From IMG/VR virus record IMGVR_UViG_3300026522_000021: DNA of 64,000 nt; one strand, 5' to 3'. Positions 1 to 11,161 of the stretch are shown piece by piece (the first letter of the stretch is position 1; the number at the start of each line of letters is the position of its first letter). The notes under the pieces were generated by a model. That model saw only the letters and a list, made by a program, of their open reading frames with translations, did not search any database and was not told where the DNA came from. A program made the position numbers and the translations under genes. The DNA is from a virus. Lineage: Duplodnaviria > Caudoviricetes.

Positions 1-69
1 TTCTATAGACTCGTATATCAAGTACAATGAAATATCAATTTTATCTAATTTTGAAAAATTATAATTCAT

Positions 70-699
70 CTAATCCCATCCGTACTTATTCCCGAAATCT
101 ATGAAGTCCTTATATCTTTTTACTTCATCTGGCGTATCAAGCTGTTTCCACATCTCGATAAATTCATCTATAACTTCATTCTTGTTTGTAAAGTCGTACT
201 TGATCGTTGGTTGATTTCCGTATGTATGTGTAGTGATTGCTTTATGATGTCCGCGTATTTGTATGCCATTTGCGTTTACATCGCAGAAATCAATACCGAG
301 AAAGTTCGGATAATCTTCCAACCCTTTATTTATTAATTTTTCAATCCTGACCATTTCGCCCTTGAATTTCTCAAGTGTTTCTATGGTTACATATGGCGAG
401 CGCCAAAATCCTTTTGTATAAAGTTTGTTAATATGCTTTATTACCTTGCTGGCTTCTTCCCATCCATCATATAAATCTTCCCATCTTGCATACGCGCTGT
501 AGTTCTGCAATGACATATTATCATCAAAGTAAACTACCATAGGATGATCTGCGTCCCATTCACATACCCTTGATAAGATACATGGCTTTAGATTTGCATC
601 GCCAACTCCTTTATGACCATGATGCACATGATAGAAAACTCTTTTACCAAACAATTCTAATAATTGTTTTCGTGTAGCACCTTTACATGGTTTTACCAT
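70..699 (-). CDS. Hypothetical phage protein
   Basis: 209-aa ORF in the co-directional - strand gene run; no motif recognised. Confidence 0.6.
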   Translation of the reverse strand: MVKPCKGATRKQLLELFGKRVFYHVHHGHKGVGDANLKPCILSRVCEWDADHPMVVYFDDNMSLQNYSAYARWEDLYDGWEEASKVIKHINKLYTKGFWRSPYVTIETLEKFKGEMVRIEKLINKGLEDYPNFLGIDFCDVNANGIQIRGHHKAITTHTYGNQPTIKYDFTNKNEVIDEFIEMWKQLDTPDEVKRYKDFIDFGNKYGWD

Positions 700-880
700 C
701 CTTTCTTAGCTCCTTAAATTCGCAAGGTACATACTGACCGTAAATATAATCTTTGTCCTTTGCATTACAGTGAAACTTCAATGTAATATTCTTTACATCT
801 AAGTTGCTATGAACGCATTCTGAACATTCACTTGTGCAAATCATACTTCTGCTTTTACGCGCCATTATGTACCTCCTGTA

Positions 881-1312
881 TTAAATCTTTCCTGTATTTA
901 TATCTATGTAAAGCCTATCTAATCCAGACTCAAATGCGCCTATTCCTGAAAAGCAACTGCACAATTTTAAGTTATCAAATAGATAAGGCATTGCTTTATA
1001 TAACTCTCTGTATATATAATATAAAACATCTACGACTATGCTATTTCCTGCTTGCTTATATAGCTGGCTATTACTTATTCCTGCTGCTTCTGCCTTATTG
1101 AAATCCTCATCGGAAAATCCCATAAGTCTAAAACATTCTTTTGGAGTTAATTTTCTGATCCTATATCCTGATACATCACAGTTTTCATCTTCATAAGTAA
1201 TCACTCGTTTCGCCCCCCCCGCGTCAATCGTCCGAATCGTACCTATAGTGTTATCGGAAAATGTTCTTAAACCTTCGTCATATCTTCTTTCACATACAAT
1301 CTTATTTGTCAC
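881..1312 (-). CDS. C5 DNA methyltransferase, small subunit carrying motifs IX, X and permuted motif I
   Basis: RKLTPKECFRLMGF (IX) and QLYKQAGNSIVVDVL (X), followed by LCSCFSGIGAFE (FxGxG, motif I). Confidence 0.85.
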   Translation of the reverse strand: MTNKIVCERRYDEGLRTFSDNTIGTIRTIDAGGAKRVITYEDENCDVSGYRIRKLTPKECFRLMGFSDEDFNKAEAAGISNSQLYKQAGNSIVVDVLYYIYRELYKAMPYLFDNLKLCSCFSGIGAFESGLDRLYIDINTGKI

Positions 1313-1329
1313 TATTTACTACCACCAAA

Positions 1330-1539
1330 TCATTTAAGGTTTGTATCGCTTGTCTGAAGAATCTCTCTTTTATTTCTTCCATATTCAACAACTATCATTG
1401 GTTGTGCATTTCCACCTTGAAAAGTTCTCAGTGTTGGGCATAAACCATTTTTCGCCCACACATTTCCAGCGTATCCAGTGCTAAAATCTTTGCTATAAAT
1501 ATTACCAATACATTTGGCATTATCTGTGTTATCTTGCAT
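1330..1539 (-). CDS. Free-standing MTase target-recognition-domain (TRD)-like module
   Basis: YAGNVWAKNGLCPTLRT..GGN.QPMI resembles TRD repeats of multispecific phage MTases; lies between the MTase halves. Confidence 0.6.
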   Translation of the reverse strand: MQDNTDNAKCIGNIYSKDFSTGYAGNVWAKNGLCPTLRTFQGGNAQPMIVVEYGRNKREILQTSDTNLK

Positions 1540-1735
1540 TATTTATATCTCGCTTTTTATGAACTACATACAAATATGAATATCCACCCATATTCCCTAA
1601 CGGTTGAGCAGTAAGTGCCATAGCTATTCCTCTTGAGTCATAAACCCTATTTCCTTGCCTATACTGTTTACCGAAATTCTTATTACCAAATCCACAAAGA
1701 AAAATAGGTTTATTGCAATTATTTTGCACTCTCAA
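1529..1735 (-). CDS. Free-standing MTase TRD-like module
   Basis: RQGNRVYDSRGIAMALTAQ is a TRD-like signature; overlaps both neighbours. Confidence 0.6.
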   Translation of the reverse strand: MRVQNNCNKPIFLCGFGNKNFGKQYRQGNRVYDSRGIAMALTAQPLGNMGGYSYLYVVHKKRDINNAR

Positions 1736-2663
1736 TCACTCCATTCATAGATTGGTTTCCAAAACCTTTATAATCTCTTGCCAGCAAAGTATTTGCACAA
1801 TTAGTATACTTATCAAGTTTACCACATTGATCTGAGACTAAAGCTGTTTTCTGTGTTACTGCTTGCCATGAATGCTTTTTGTCGCTAATCCCACCCCATG
1901 ACGCTGCTATAGTTTTAGAAACCGTTCGTTCTGGAATCTTACCATCGTGAATCAGTTCTTCTAATAGCTTTCTCGCATTAGGAGTATTCACATAATACTT
2001 TTCATCAACTTCATCTTCTAGCATATCCAGTAAACACATATTGTTATTGAATGGTTCTGGAAATTTAAACCTACCATTATCATATTCTTTCAAAATAATA
2101 ATCAAGTATACACGTTCTCTATTTTGTGGAATCCCATAATCCTTACTATTAAGCACTTTCCAATAACAGTTATAACCGTATTCTTCAAGTTCACCAATAA
2201 ACATGTCAAAGGTTTGTATGAAAGATTTTCCTACTATATTTTTCACGTTCTCATATATTCCCCATTTTGGTTTATTTGCTCTTATAATTCGCAGCCATTC
2301 AACCAATAAGGATGATCGTGTTTTGTCAAGGTTCTCGCTTCCGCATTTAGGGCATTTACTTCTTTGACTATAATGTACAGTCAGTGGATTATATTCTTCT
2401 CCACAGTCATTACACTTCCACTTACTACCTTTTTGCTTTCCTGCTACAGAAAAATCTTGGCATGGTGATCCTCCACAAATCATTGTGAATGGTTCAAGTG
2501 TATTCTCGTCAACCTTAGTTATGTCTCCAAGATTCTTTTGTTCATCTTCATTATGTATAGCGCAATAACTCTTTGCGGCGTATTTATCGAATTCACAAAA
2601 GTTAATCAGCTCGTAACCCTTAGAATCCGATAAAACAATCTTTTTATCGTTCTTATCTTCCAT
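1719..2663 (-). CDS. C5 DNA methyltransferase, catalytic subunit (motifs II-VIII, Zn-ribbon insert, no motif I)
   Basis: FCEFD (II), GDITK (III), GGSPCQDFS (IV), ENVKN (VI), PQNRERVY (VIII); CNDC...CPKC insert. Confidence 0.9.
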   Translation of the reverse strand: MEDKNDKKIVLSDSKGYELINFCEFDKYAAKSYCAIHNEDEQKNLGDITKVDENTLEPFTMICGGSPCQDFSVAGKQKGSKWKCNDCGEEYNPLTVHYSQRSKCPKCGSENLDKTRSSLLVEWLRIIRANKPKWGIYENVKNIVGKSFIQTFDMFIGELEEYGYNCYWKVLNSKDYGIPQNRERVYLIIILKEYDNGRFKFPEPFNNNMCLLDMLEDEVDEKYYVNTPNARKLLEELIHDGKIPERTVSKTIAASWGGISDKKHSWQAVTQKTALVSDQCGKLDKYTNCANTLLARDYKGFGNQSMNGVIESAK

Positions 2664-3371
2664 AAACTACCTATTTTAGCGCACTTTGAAAATTGTAACG
2701 CTTCACCTTTCTTGATTTTGTTAGCAAGCGAAAATCTTTTTGACTATTTTAGTGGGTTTATTTTCACTAAAGCGTCAATAAAAAGATTGTTTCTTTATCT
2801 TGCCTTATTTATTGTACTATATTTTCTCTGTTTCGTCAAGTATTATTTTGCATTATCAATAATGCTTGTTCAAAATACCTTGCAGTATAGAGTCTAAGTC
2901 AACTACACTTTTGTCAACCTTAGATGTTATATCATCAATCTTGAGAGTTTCAACAATGCCACCTGAATATATAACATGATAGATTACATCATGAATAGTA
3001 TCTGCTGTATCGTAATCTTCAATGTATGTAATAAGACAAGGCAATCCAACTTTAGTTAAAACAATATCCCCAACATTATAAACACCGTAATAAGATAAGA
3101 CAGCTTCGGCAACATCATTGAAATCCATTTTGTCTACCTTTCGGCTGCTTAAACTTTCATCAGGAAAGAACCGATTCCATTTTCCGTTTGTGCTTGGATA
3201 ATCTTTCTTTGCTTTCTCTACTTCTTGAATAATCCACCTTGTTTCGTTATACGTCATTTGCATTCCTCTTGTAACCATTTAAGAATTTCTCTAAATGAAA
3301 TTCTTCTCCATTTATGCGCATAAGCGAACAGCAACCATGCAAGTTCCCTGTCACTTTTCGCCCTAACCATA

Positions 3372-3644
3372 TCAGCATTTGTCATAACTTCTCCTGTTCC
3401 ACGCTTTAATCGCATTGTCTTGAGCTTCTTGATATGTCCAATGGAAACCATGTGTACGAACTTCAGCAAAGCAATTTAGGCATAACACTCGACTTGTGAA
3501 TTTGCATTGAGGTCTATCGGTTCTCTCTTCCGTAAAGATGCTTATGTCTGATCCTTTACTTCCGCAAAATGGGCATGGTCTTAAATACATGACTGTTCCT
3601 CCACTGGTATATATGTCTGTTCTTTTATTTTTCCAAGTTCCCAA
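3372..3644 (-). CDS. Lar-family (restriction alleviation) Zn-ribbon protein
   Basis: LRPCPFCG...CLNC...AIKAWNRR; true start is probably at MYLRPC. Confidence 0.7.
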   Translation of the reverse strand: MGTWKNKRTDIYTSGGTVMYLRPCPFCGSKGSDISIFTEERTDRPQCKFTSRVLCLNCFAEVRTHGFHWTYQEAQDNAIKAWNRRSYDKC

Positions 3645-4205
3645 TCATCGAACAGCATTCTCAAAGCTTTTTCTACAACATCCTTTTCAGCCTGATACAT
3701 AAGCATCGGGCAGTCTATATCGCGAATAACATTCAAAACCATTTCAGCCCAATGAGCATCTTTGTCAGTTACTTCAAATCTGCTTCGATATGGTTTCAAT
3801 TCTCTGATTCTATCTTGTGTTGTCAATGCACCTGTTTCTGCTGTAATATCAAGAACTTCTTTGATGCTTACTGGATAATCTTGTTCAATGCCAACCCATC
3901 CCATAATCTTAAATAGTATATATCCTTTCACCACTTTCTATAGCAGATAACAATTTATTAAATGATATTTTCGCTTCTTCTTCACTATCATACTTGCCAA
4001 AACATATCGGTTTCCCATCATATTTATATCCACGTATAAACCAATTAGCCTCGTTTGATATAGGATTACACAGCTTATCTGATAATTGAATTTTATCAAA
4101 ACTACCAAGTGGATGAATTTCATTTTTATCTTTTCTAATAATAATCATAATTGTTTGCCTCCTGCAATTTCGTTTAATTTTTCTACATTTATTCTTGATG
4201 GCATA

Positions 4206-4850
4206 TCAACTTTTTTTTTCAATAATATAATTCTTAATTATTTCAATATCGTCGTTTGTTAAATTAAACCATTCGCAATCACCATTTCTGCGTCTTTTAT
4301 TTTTAAACATATTATGTAATTCTTTTTCAACTATAACATTATCATATACATATTCAAATACATGATATAATGGTTCATCAGGGAGATGAGTATATTCACC
4401 AATTCTTTTTGCTCTTTCATTACATCTTCCTATTTTATAAACACCCATATTCTCCATTACATAGACAAACCCTTGTCTCAAACACTTTGGATTCTCTATT
4501 AATTCATATGTATAATAAAAACACTTATTACCATCACGGTTTTTATGTTGAATCAAATATCCAGATTGTTTTAACTCGCTCCAAGCACTTTCAAATGCTT
4601 TCGTGCCTTCGTTACATTTTGACTTTAAAAAAGATTTATATAAAATAAAACCATCTAAAGTGATGTAACTTTGTATTAAACAATATAAACCTTTTGCTTT
4701 TAAAGAAATATCTTTATCTCTCAATAAATAATTGGAGACAATAGAAAAATTTCCTTTTTTGGTATTTAAAAATGCACCATTCTTATTATTCATATAATAT
4801 TCGCTTTCTATATGTATAAATGCGCCGCGCCGAAACACGGCGCAATCCAT
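4206..4850 (-). CDS. HTH plus T5orf172/GIY-YIG-like domain protein
   Basis: N-terminal SLKAKGLY HTH-like region; C-terminal GFVYVM..YKIGR..EKELH..EWF; AT-rich. Confidence 0.7.
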   Translation of the reverse strand: MDCAVFRRGAFIHIESEYYMNNKNGAFLNTKKGNFSIVSNYLLRDKDISLKAKGLYCLIQSYITLDGFILYKSFLKSKCNEGTKAFESAWSELKQSGYLIQHKNRDGNKCFYYTYELIENPKCLRQGFVYVMENMGVYKIGRCNERAKRIGEYTHLPDEPLYHVFEYVYDNVIVEKELHNMFKNKRRRNGDCEWFNLTNDDIEIIKNYIIEKKS

Positions 4851-4858
4851 ATCAAATT

Positions 4859-5806
4859 TTATTCTCTATACTCCCAGTTTTTGTTAACGATATGATGACC
4901 GTCATAGCTGAAATCATCAAAATACTTTCGTACCTGAGCTATAAAGAGTACAGATCGACAACACTTGTATTCTTTGTTCTCTAAGAAACAGTAATATGCA
5001 AGCAATGTATCCCAAAATAATGCATCATTATTTTCGAGTTTAGCAAGACCGTATTTTCGAATATTGAAATATACATAAATAAAAAGTTTCCTGATTCCAA
5101 ATTCCTTACCATCTTCAATCATATTGTTTCGGCAATCATGTAAAGCAAGTTGAGCATTACGAATATCTTTTAACGTTACTTTCCCTGTATCATAAGCAAC
5201 ATATGATGCTGCGAGAAAACTTGAACAGTAGGCTAAAGAAGTTCCCGGATAATAATTTTGCAGAATAATTTCTCTACAAAACTCGCCGAATGTATCTATT
5301 TTTTCTTTGATAAATTCAATACAACTATCCATATCATCCGCGCCATAGCTCATATAATTAAGAAGCCTTTTAATAACCATTATTATTCTTTTGTCGCATA
5401 AAACTTCAAACATACTTCTCATCGAGTCATCAACGAAAGTTTCTTTTTTATGGTTAAAAATAACCTCTGATTTGATAGGTTTATTGACACTGATGCAATC
5501 ATAAAGTTTTTCAATGTTATCAACCACATCTCCATTACGAGTTAATACAATAGGATTTTGATTATACTTAGCGGCGTTATCAACTTTATGATATTCACCA
5601 TAATTTCTACGTTTTCGAAGAATCTTTCGTGCATCATCTGGATAAATTGTACATTCCATTATTGCTATATTGTCGTGTCGAATGCTTTTTAAAATTTCAA
5701 TTATTTTATCAAATGATATTTCTGTTACAAATTCATTATTGATAGTTACTGTGTTAATTCCTGTATCCATAAATTTCTCCTTTAGCCGTATAGTCCGATA
5801 CTTCAT
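4859..5806 (-). CDS. Hypothetical protein
   Basis: 315-aa ORF, no motif recognised. Confidence 0.55.
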   Translation of the reverse strand: MKYRTIRLKEKFMDTGINTVTINNEFVTEISFDKIIEILKSIRHDNIAIMECTIYPDDARKILRKRRNYGEYHKVDNAAKYNQNPIVLTRNGDVVDNIEKLYDCISVNKPIKSEVIFNHKKETFVDDSMRSMFEVLCDKRIIMVIKRLLNYMSYGADDMDSCIEFIKEKIDTFGEFCREIILQNYYPGTSLAYCSSFLAASYVAYDTGKVTLKDIRNAQLALHDCRNNMIEDGKEFGIRKLFIYVYFNIRKYGLAKLENNDALFWDTLLAYYCFLENKEYKCCRSVLFIAQVRKYFDDFSYDGHHIVNKNWEYRE

Positions 5807-6096
5807 CTAAAAAAATATTATTATAGAATATATATAAATCGGAAATCATTTGATTTTACACTTGCGTAACCGAATTATATTTTATATAAACGGTTTTCTT
5901 GCTTCTATCATAAATTTATTTGGGACTACACCACATGCCTTCATCCACTTTTCTACTTCTTCGCAGACCATTAAATGTTTTTCATATTCGGCTATGTTAC
6001 TGTCTTTTGACATAATAACTTTGTTATGATGCTCGCCGTATGATTCTAATAGCTCATTCATATCTTCATCTGAAATCTTCCATCCATAATTATATT

Positions 6097-6897
6097 TCAT
6101 TTAATTACCTCGCTATGGTTTTTGATCTTTGAACAAATTTTCTGCAACGCTTCTTTGTTTGACATATAAAATGGATCTTCTCCAAGCATCGCAACGATTG
6201 ACTGACCAAATCTCATCATTGGATATTGGCTATGATAATCCATTAACGCCTGAAGTATATCATCATAATCATCAGCTTCTTTTGTATCACGAGTGTACTT
6301 TGCTTTCGGATCGTAATGATCTACGATGTATTGCAACGTTCTCGGTGCATAATCAATGTACGGATACATGCATCCAACATTATAAATCTCACAAGGAAAT
6401 CCCTGACGATTTAACATAGCGGTTAATCGTCTTTCCATCTCGCTCTCGGCTGAATTGTGCGAATGACCGTGAAGCATTATGGCGTTTCTGTAATGATGGT
6501 TGTAAAACGGCATATAATAATGCGATAAAATTACTCTTTTATTAGCGCCATTTACTTCATCATTGACTTCTTTATACGGTACAACTTCTTCAAATAGCTT
6601 TTTAAAACGGTCATTTACGAACTTATCGTGATTACCAAGAATAAGATGTTTATTGCCATTAAGATTGTTTAATAATTCTTTGTAATAATCTAAATTCTGA
6701 TTATTTACCTTCCAACAAATGTCTCCAAGCACATAGATATGATCCGCATTAGTTACAGCTGCGTTCCATTTTCTTGTTATAGCCTCGTGCATTTCATCTA
6801 AATTTTTGAAACCACGATTATCAAAATCTTTTCCTGCTTTTGTTACATTGATATGCCCTAAGTGCAAATCTGAAATATATAATTTACGTTCTGCCAT
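6097..6897 (-). CDS. Calcineurin-like metallophosphoesterase
   Basis: SDLHLGH, LGD, GNHD, HGHSH motifs. Confidence 0.9.
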   Translation of the reverse strand: MAERKLYISDLHLGHINVTKAGKDFDNRGFKNLDEMHEAITRKWNAAVTNADHIYVLGDICWKVNNQNLDYYKELLNNLNGNKHLILGNHDKFVNDRFKKLFEEVVPYKEVNDEVNGANKRVILSHYYMPFYNHHYRNAIMLHGHSHNSAESEMERRLTAMLNRQGFPCEIYNVGCMYPYIDYAPRTLQYIVDHYDPKAKYTRDTKEADDYDDILQALMDYHSQYPMMRFGQSIVAMLGEDPFYMSNKEALQKICSKIKNHSEVIK

Positions 6898-8063
6898 TTA
6901 TTTACCTGTCAACTATTTCAAGTTTAATCCTTTTATAACCGCCACTAAAAATCAATCTTTTGTCAAGTTCTATTGCGTCTGTTTCAGCTGCGTTCATGGT
7001 CAAATATTCTCCTACATAGTGTGTTTCATCTGAATTGCCATACTTATTATTTTTCCACAAATCAACCTTTATTCTATACATCCTATAAAACCCTTTTAGG
7101 CGTATCGTATTTGTAATATCTCCAAAGATAATTGATAAACCTATCCCAATTCATCATAACTTGGTCAAATACATCTATCTTTTCTGGCTTAAAATTCTCA
7201 TAATATGGGAATCCATAAACCAAAATTTCCCATTCACACTTGCTCCAGAAGTAATACAATAAGCTACTACGAACTTCTTTTTCAAATTTTGAAAAACCAT
7301 TTTCACTATCTTTATGATGATTTATCCACGCTTTATCGCAATCATTTAAGAAGCCAGCATGATTGAAAATATTATATTTTTCAATTCTCTTTGCGTTTAC
7401 ATTCTCTATAATTGCGTACCATTCTGGACTTTCTTTGTTATTACTGGACATATTGTTTCTCCATATTTATCATAGTATTGCTTTGCCTTACATACATGAC
7501 CTAAAGACGTTAGTATACTAAAAGGACAATTAACCCAACAGGCACTTTCTATCATAGGTTTCCAATCGTCAGGAGCTTCAAATTCTAAAACATATTTCAT
7601 TTGTTCACCAACAAAGATTCGCAAATATGTTATTTGCGTATTTTTATAGAAAACTTAATTGTTCAAACTGGACATTCAAGTTATTATCGCGTTTTCTTGT
7701 ATTATTTCTTGGATGATATTGCTTACCAGTTATAACATCACCCATATCTGACAACACAAAATTTCTGCAATTCGTTTCTCGTTTAACTTGTTCTTCAGTC
7801 CAATGCGGTTGTTTACCTTCTGGATGATTGCTACATCTGTAATCGTCTGCTTCAAAGCAATAAGCGCAATATCTATGATACTTCTTCATCTTTATCTCCA
7901 GATTTCATAACCATGCTATACAGATTGGATAATCCACGATATTCTTTTGTAGTCCCATCTTCGATTTCTTCTACGATATCTTTTAACGACTTACTATCTT
8001 TCGATTTCTCTGGCGTAACAAACGGCAATCCACAACAATCATCCATTTTTCAAAACCTCAGTT

Positions 8064-8819
8064 TTATGCTATACGAATTATTTGTTCATACAAGCAAATA
8101 AATTTCCCCATAACTTGTTCATTTCTATGCAGATGCGCGAAGAACCATTTCGTAAATTTTAATCCATCCCATAACAATTCATTGAAATACCATGTCAATT
8201 TATCTCTGTCTGTAAATCCCATGACAGACTGTACTTCTTGAGGCGCACAATGGCTAATCACAAAATCAACTTCATTGTTTACAGCCTTTAAAGATTGTCG
8301 CCCACGTTCCATCTCTTCATCATTCGGCATTTCTTGATCCCACCATGATACGCCCCTGACACGAAACATCTTTCCGTACTTCTGCCATCTCCTATATGTA
8401 TCTCTAAAGTCATCCATGTCTACGAAATCATTAGGGTCTAAAATTCCATCTTGAATATCGTGCGAGCTTGCGCCTCCAAAGGCAAAGAATTTTTTATCGC
8501 ATATATCAAACACGTAACCGCGCATTAAATGATAAATATTATCCCTGATTTTGTGCGCTTTACCACCGTGGAAATCAACAATAGGATACGTGTAAAGCAA
8601 ATCGAAATTCTCATGATTTCCATCAACGAACAGCGTTGTAAACGGTTTATTATTCAGCCAATCAAGCCAATACTTTTCATCTTTTGAGTTAGACCATACC
8701 AGACCAAAGTCACCTAAGATAATAACGAAATCATCACGCGTCATTTCTTTCTGTTCTGGAAAACTATCTACGCTAAATCGGCGTGGATCTCCATGAATGT
8801 CACCTGTGCAATAAATCAT
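8064..8819 (-). CDS. Calcineurin-like metallophosphoesterase
   Basis: GDIHG, GDFG, GNHE, AHLH motifs. Confidence 0.9.
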   Translation of the reverse strand: MIYCTGDIHGDPRRFSVDSFPEQKEMTRDDFVIILGDFGLVWSNSKDEKYWLDWLNNKPFTTLFVDGNHENFDLLYTYPIVDFHGGKAHKIRDNIYHLMRGYVFDICDKKFFAFGGASSHDIQDGILDPNDFVDMDDFRDTYRRWQKYGKMFRVRGVSWWDQEMPNDEEMERGRQSLKAVNNEVDFVISHCAPQEVQSVMGFTDRDKLTWYFNELLWDGLKFTKWFFAHLHRNEQVMGKFICLYEQIIRIA

Positions 8820-9445
8820 TCGTCATACCTCTCTAACTTTTGTTCTTTGGTTTTCAAAATGAAATCCCTGTATTCTTCATAGTCCTTGAACTTGATGTAT
8901 TCACCATTGATTACATCGAAACAATTTTCATTTCTGGCAAATTCATATGCGTTTGCGCTGATAACAAAGTAAATGTCTTTATTCTTTTCTGTTTCTATAA
9001 CCAATGGAATAAGACTTTCTTTTATATCAATCACATTGTCAATACTTAATCCGCTGTCAATAGCATCAAACAAGAACCATAGTTCTTTAGCATCTGGATT
9101 TTCCTGCGACATGCGCCCCATTTTTCTGGCTATATCTTCAAGAACGTTTACAATGTTTTCGCCTTCGCTACTCATCATTGTTCTTGCTACGATATCAAAA
9201 TTTCCCCAAAATGCAGCCTTACTTCTTAACTCTCTCTCGCCGTCATGCATATTGCTATGAAACAGCACAGGAATATCTTTGTTTTTCAAACTTTGATTTA
9301 TTTGATTGAGAAGTGTAGTCTTTCCTGCGCCATTACATCCAACAAGAACAGTTAGCCCTGTATTTATTTTGATTTGCTTCTTCTTAAAGATTGCAAACCC
9401 ATCATCACCATACCAATCATTTGATAATCTGAATTGTCTGCTCAT
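8816..9445 (-). CDS. ABC/AAA-type ATPase
   Basis: Walker A GCNGAGKTT, SSEGE signature-like, FLFDAID Walker B. Confidence 0.8.
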   Translation of the reverse strand: MSRQFRLSNDWYGDDGFAIFKKKQIKINTGLTVLVGCNGAGKTTLLNQINQSLKNKDIPVLFHSNMHDGERELRSKAAFWGNFDIVARTMMSSEGENIVNVLEDIARKMGRMSQENPDAKELWFLFDAIDSGLSIDNVIDIKESLIPLVIETEKNKDIYFVISANAYEFARNENCFDVINGEYIKFKDYEEYRDFILKTKEQKLERYDE

Positions 9446-9897
9446 ACTAACATTCCATCAAGAATACTACTTACAAGTTTACCATCGGCTTTGCCTTTGA
9501 CTTTAGGCATAAGCTCTTTCATAATGATGCCTTTACTTTTCTTTGTTGCTGGATTATCAGAAGTAAAGCCAAGAGACAACATGACATCTTCAATAACGGC
9601 TCTGATCTGTGTTTCATCCATCAATTCAGGAGCAAACTTCTTTAGTGTTTCTATCCTTCTCTTGCATTGCTCGATAATATCCGTCCTATCTTCTGGACAC
9701 ATATCTAATGTTTCCTGCGTCTGACGGATTTCTTTATAAACAACTTCATTCTCTTCATCTTCTGTAAGCTCACGTTGTTTATCAATCTCTGCATTCTTTA
9801 ACGCAGAAAGAAGCAATGAAAGCGTATCTTTTGTTTCTTGATCGCGAGCCTTCATTGCATCAACCATGCACATTCTTACATAATCTTCTTTCTTCAT
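9442..9897 (-). CDS. GatB/YqeY domain protein
   Basis: AMKARD..LKNAEIDK..KGIIMKELMPKVKGKADGK. Confidence 0.85.
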   Translation of the reverse strand: MKKEDYVRMCMVDAMKARDQETKDTLSLLLSALKNAEIDKQRELTEDEENEVVYKEIRQTQETLDMCPEDRTDIIEQCKRRIETLKKFAPELMDETQIRAVIEDVMLSLGFTSDNPATKKSKGIIMKELMPKVKGKADGKLVSSILDGMLV

Positions 9898-9956
9898 CTG
9901 GTTTCCTTTCTAAAAATGGCGCAGTGTATTTCAACCGCGCCATTATCTTGCCTTAT

Positions 9957-10640
9957 TTATTCATCTTTCTTTTCAGCTTTTTCCAATTCATCGAGAAGCC
10001 CTTTGAAAGACTCTTCAAGTTCTGCGGACGCTTGCTTTGATACTTCGCCGATAGCTCTCTTATATGCTTCTGTCATTTCGCGGATACGATCTTCGCGCTT
10101 CTTGTTCTCGGCTCGTCTTACTTCCTGTTTGATGGATGCAAGTTTAGCCCTTTCCTCTTTGGCTTTCTTTGCTTCTTCTTCTCTCTTTTTCTTTGTCGCG
10201 TCAAGCTTGCCCAATGCGTACTTGATAATTTTGTTGTAAGCGGACGATCCTGTGCCAATGATATCCATCTCGGAAAGCAGTTTCTTTACAACACAGATCA
10301 GAACACCAACTTCAAGGCTGAATACATCACCATCATTAAGATGCGCAACTTCTTTTGTTCCGTCTGCGAACTCAACGAATACAGTCTTGTCATTTGGATT
10401 AGATACATTAACAATGTCTGGCATGATACACGTACGTCCAATGATACCATTGTCGGCATTCAGATAACCAAGATAAAGATCACCATCTTCTGCAAAAACT
10501 GTACTTCCAACCGTGTTTTCTTCCATGCATTCTCGAAGATATGTAATCGCTTTATCTGGCAATATTAGTTCACCATTTTCATTGTAAAGTCCACATTCAA
10601 CTACTTTTGCTTCAATTCCATCCATAATTGTTTCCTCCAT
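9957..10640 (-). CDS. Hypothetical protein with coiled-coil C-terminus
   Basis: 227-aa ORF; charged helical C-terminus. Confidence 0.6.
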   Translation of the reverse strand: MEETIMDGIEAKVVECGLYNENGELILPDKAITYLRECMEENTVGSTVFAEDGDLYLGYLNADNGIIGRTCIMPDIVNVSNPNDKTVFVEFADGTKEVAHLNDGDVFSLEVGVLICVVKKLLSEMDIIGTGSSAYNKIIKYALGKLDATKKKREEEAKKAKEERAKLASIKQEVRRAENKKREDRIREMTEAYKRAIGEVSKQASAELEESFKGLLDELEKAEKKDE

Positions 10641-10660
10641 GAGTTAATTTATAGTGGCAG

Positions 10661-10741
10661 TGCGGATGAAGGGATTCGAACCCTTACGCCATTTGGCATT
10701 AGTTCCTAAGACTAACGTGGCTGCCGTTACACCACATCCGC
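10661..10741 (-). tRNA. tRNA-Leu(TAG)
   Basis: GCGGATG acceptor stem, CT-TAG-GA loop, long variable arm, GGTTCGAATCC. Confidence 0.9.
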
Positions 10742-10748
10742 AATTTAC

Positions 10749-10839
10749 AAGGCGCATTTGTTGTTTGGTGTCCTTGTCGGACAAATACGATAACCCTAAT
10801 CATCAGCTTGTAAACATTTGAAATTGCTGTATGCGCCTT
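10749..10839 (-). ncRNA. ACAGCAA-motif RNA 1 (terminal-stem type)
   Basis: AAGGCGCAT/ATGCGCCTT stem, ACAGCAA after the 5' strand, internal hairpins. Confidence 0.7.
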
Positions 10840-10884
10840 TCGATATGAGAAAATATTTAAGAATATGTAGAAATAATCTACACA

Positions 10885-10958
10885 TGGAACATACAGGACT
10901 CGAACCTGTAACTTATCGGTTATGAGCCGATTGCTCTGACCAATTGAACTAATGTTCC
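10885..10958 (-). tRNA. tRNA-CAT (probably Ile2, otherwise Met)
   Basis: GGAACAT stem, ATCGG-CTCATAA-CCGAT arm, GGTTCGAGTCC. Confidence 0.88.
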
Positions 10959-10964
10959 AAACAT

Positions 10965-11161
10965 AATCAATATCAATTCGCCTCGTCAATAATTACTCAA
11001 CCGCCGAAACGCTTTTAGTTGGTTTGCGTTGCCATCTTCGTTACTCTGCCATTACTCTTTCAAGTTCATATCCACAGCAGATATTCTTAATTTTCATGGT
11101 TTTCGCTACTTAATCCTTAACATCCTCGCCTCATTACCGGCGATTTGAATTGATATTGATT
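10965..11161. ncRNA. Putative structured RNA closed by a 15-bp perfect stem
   Basis: AATCAATATCAATTC (10965-10979) pairs with GAATTGATATTGATT (11147-11161); ORF-free, inside the tRNA operon. Confidence 0.5.
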
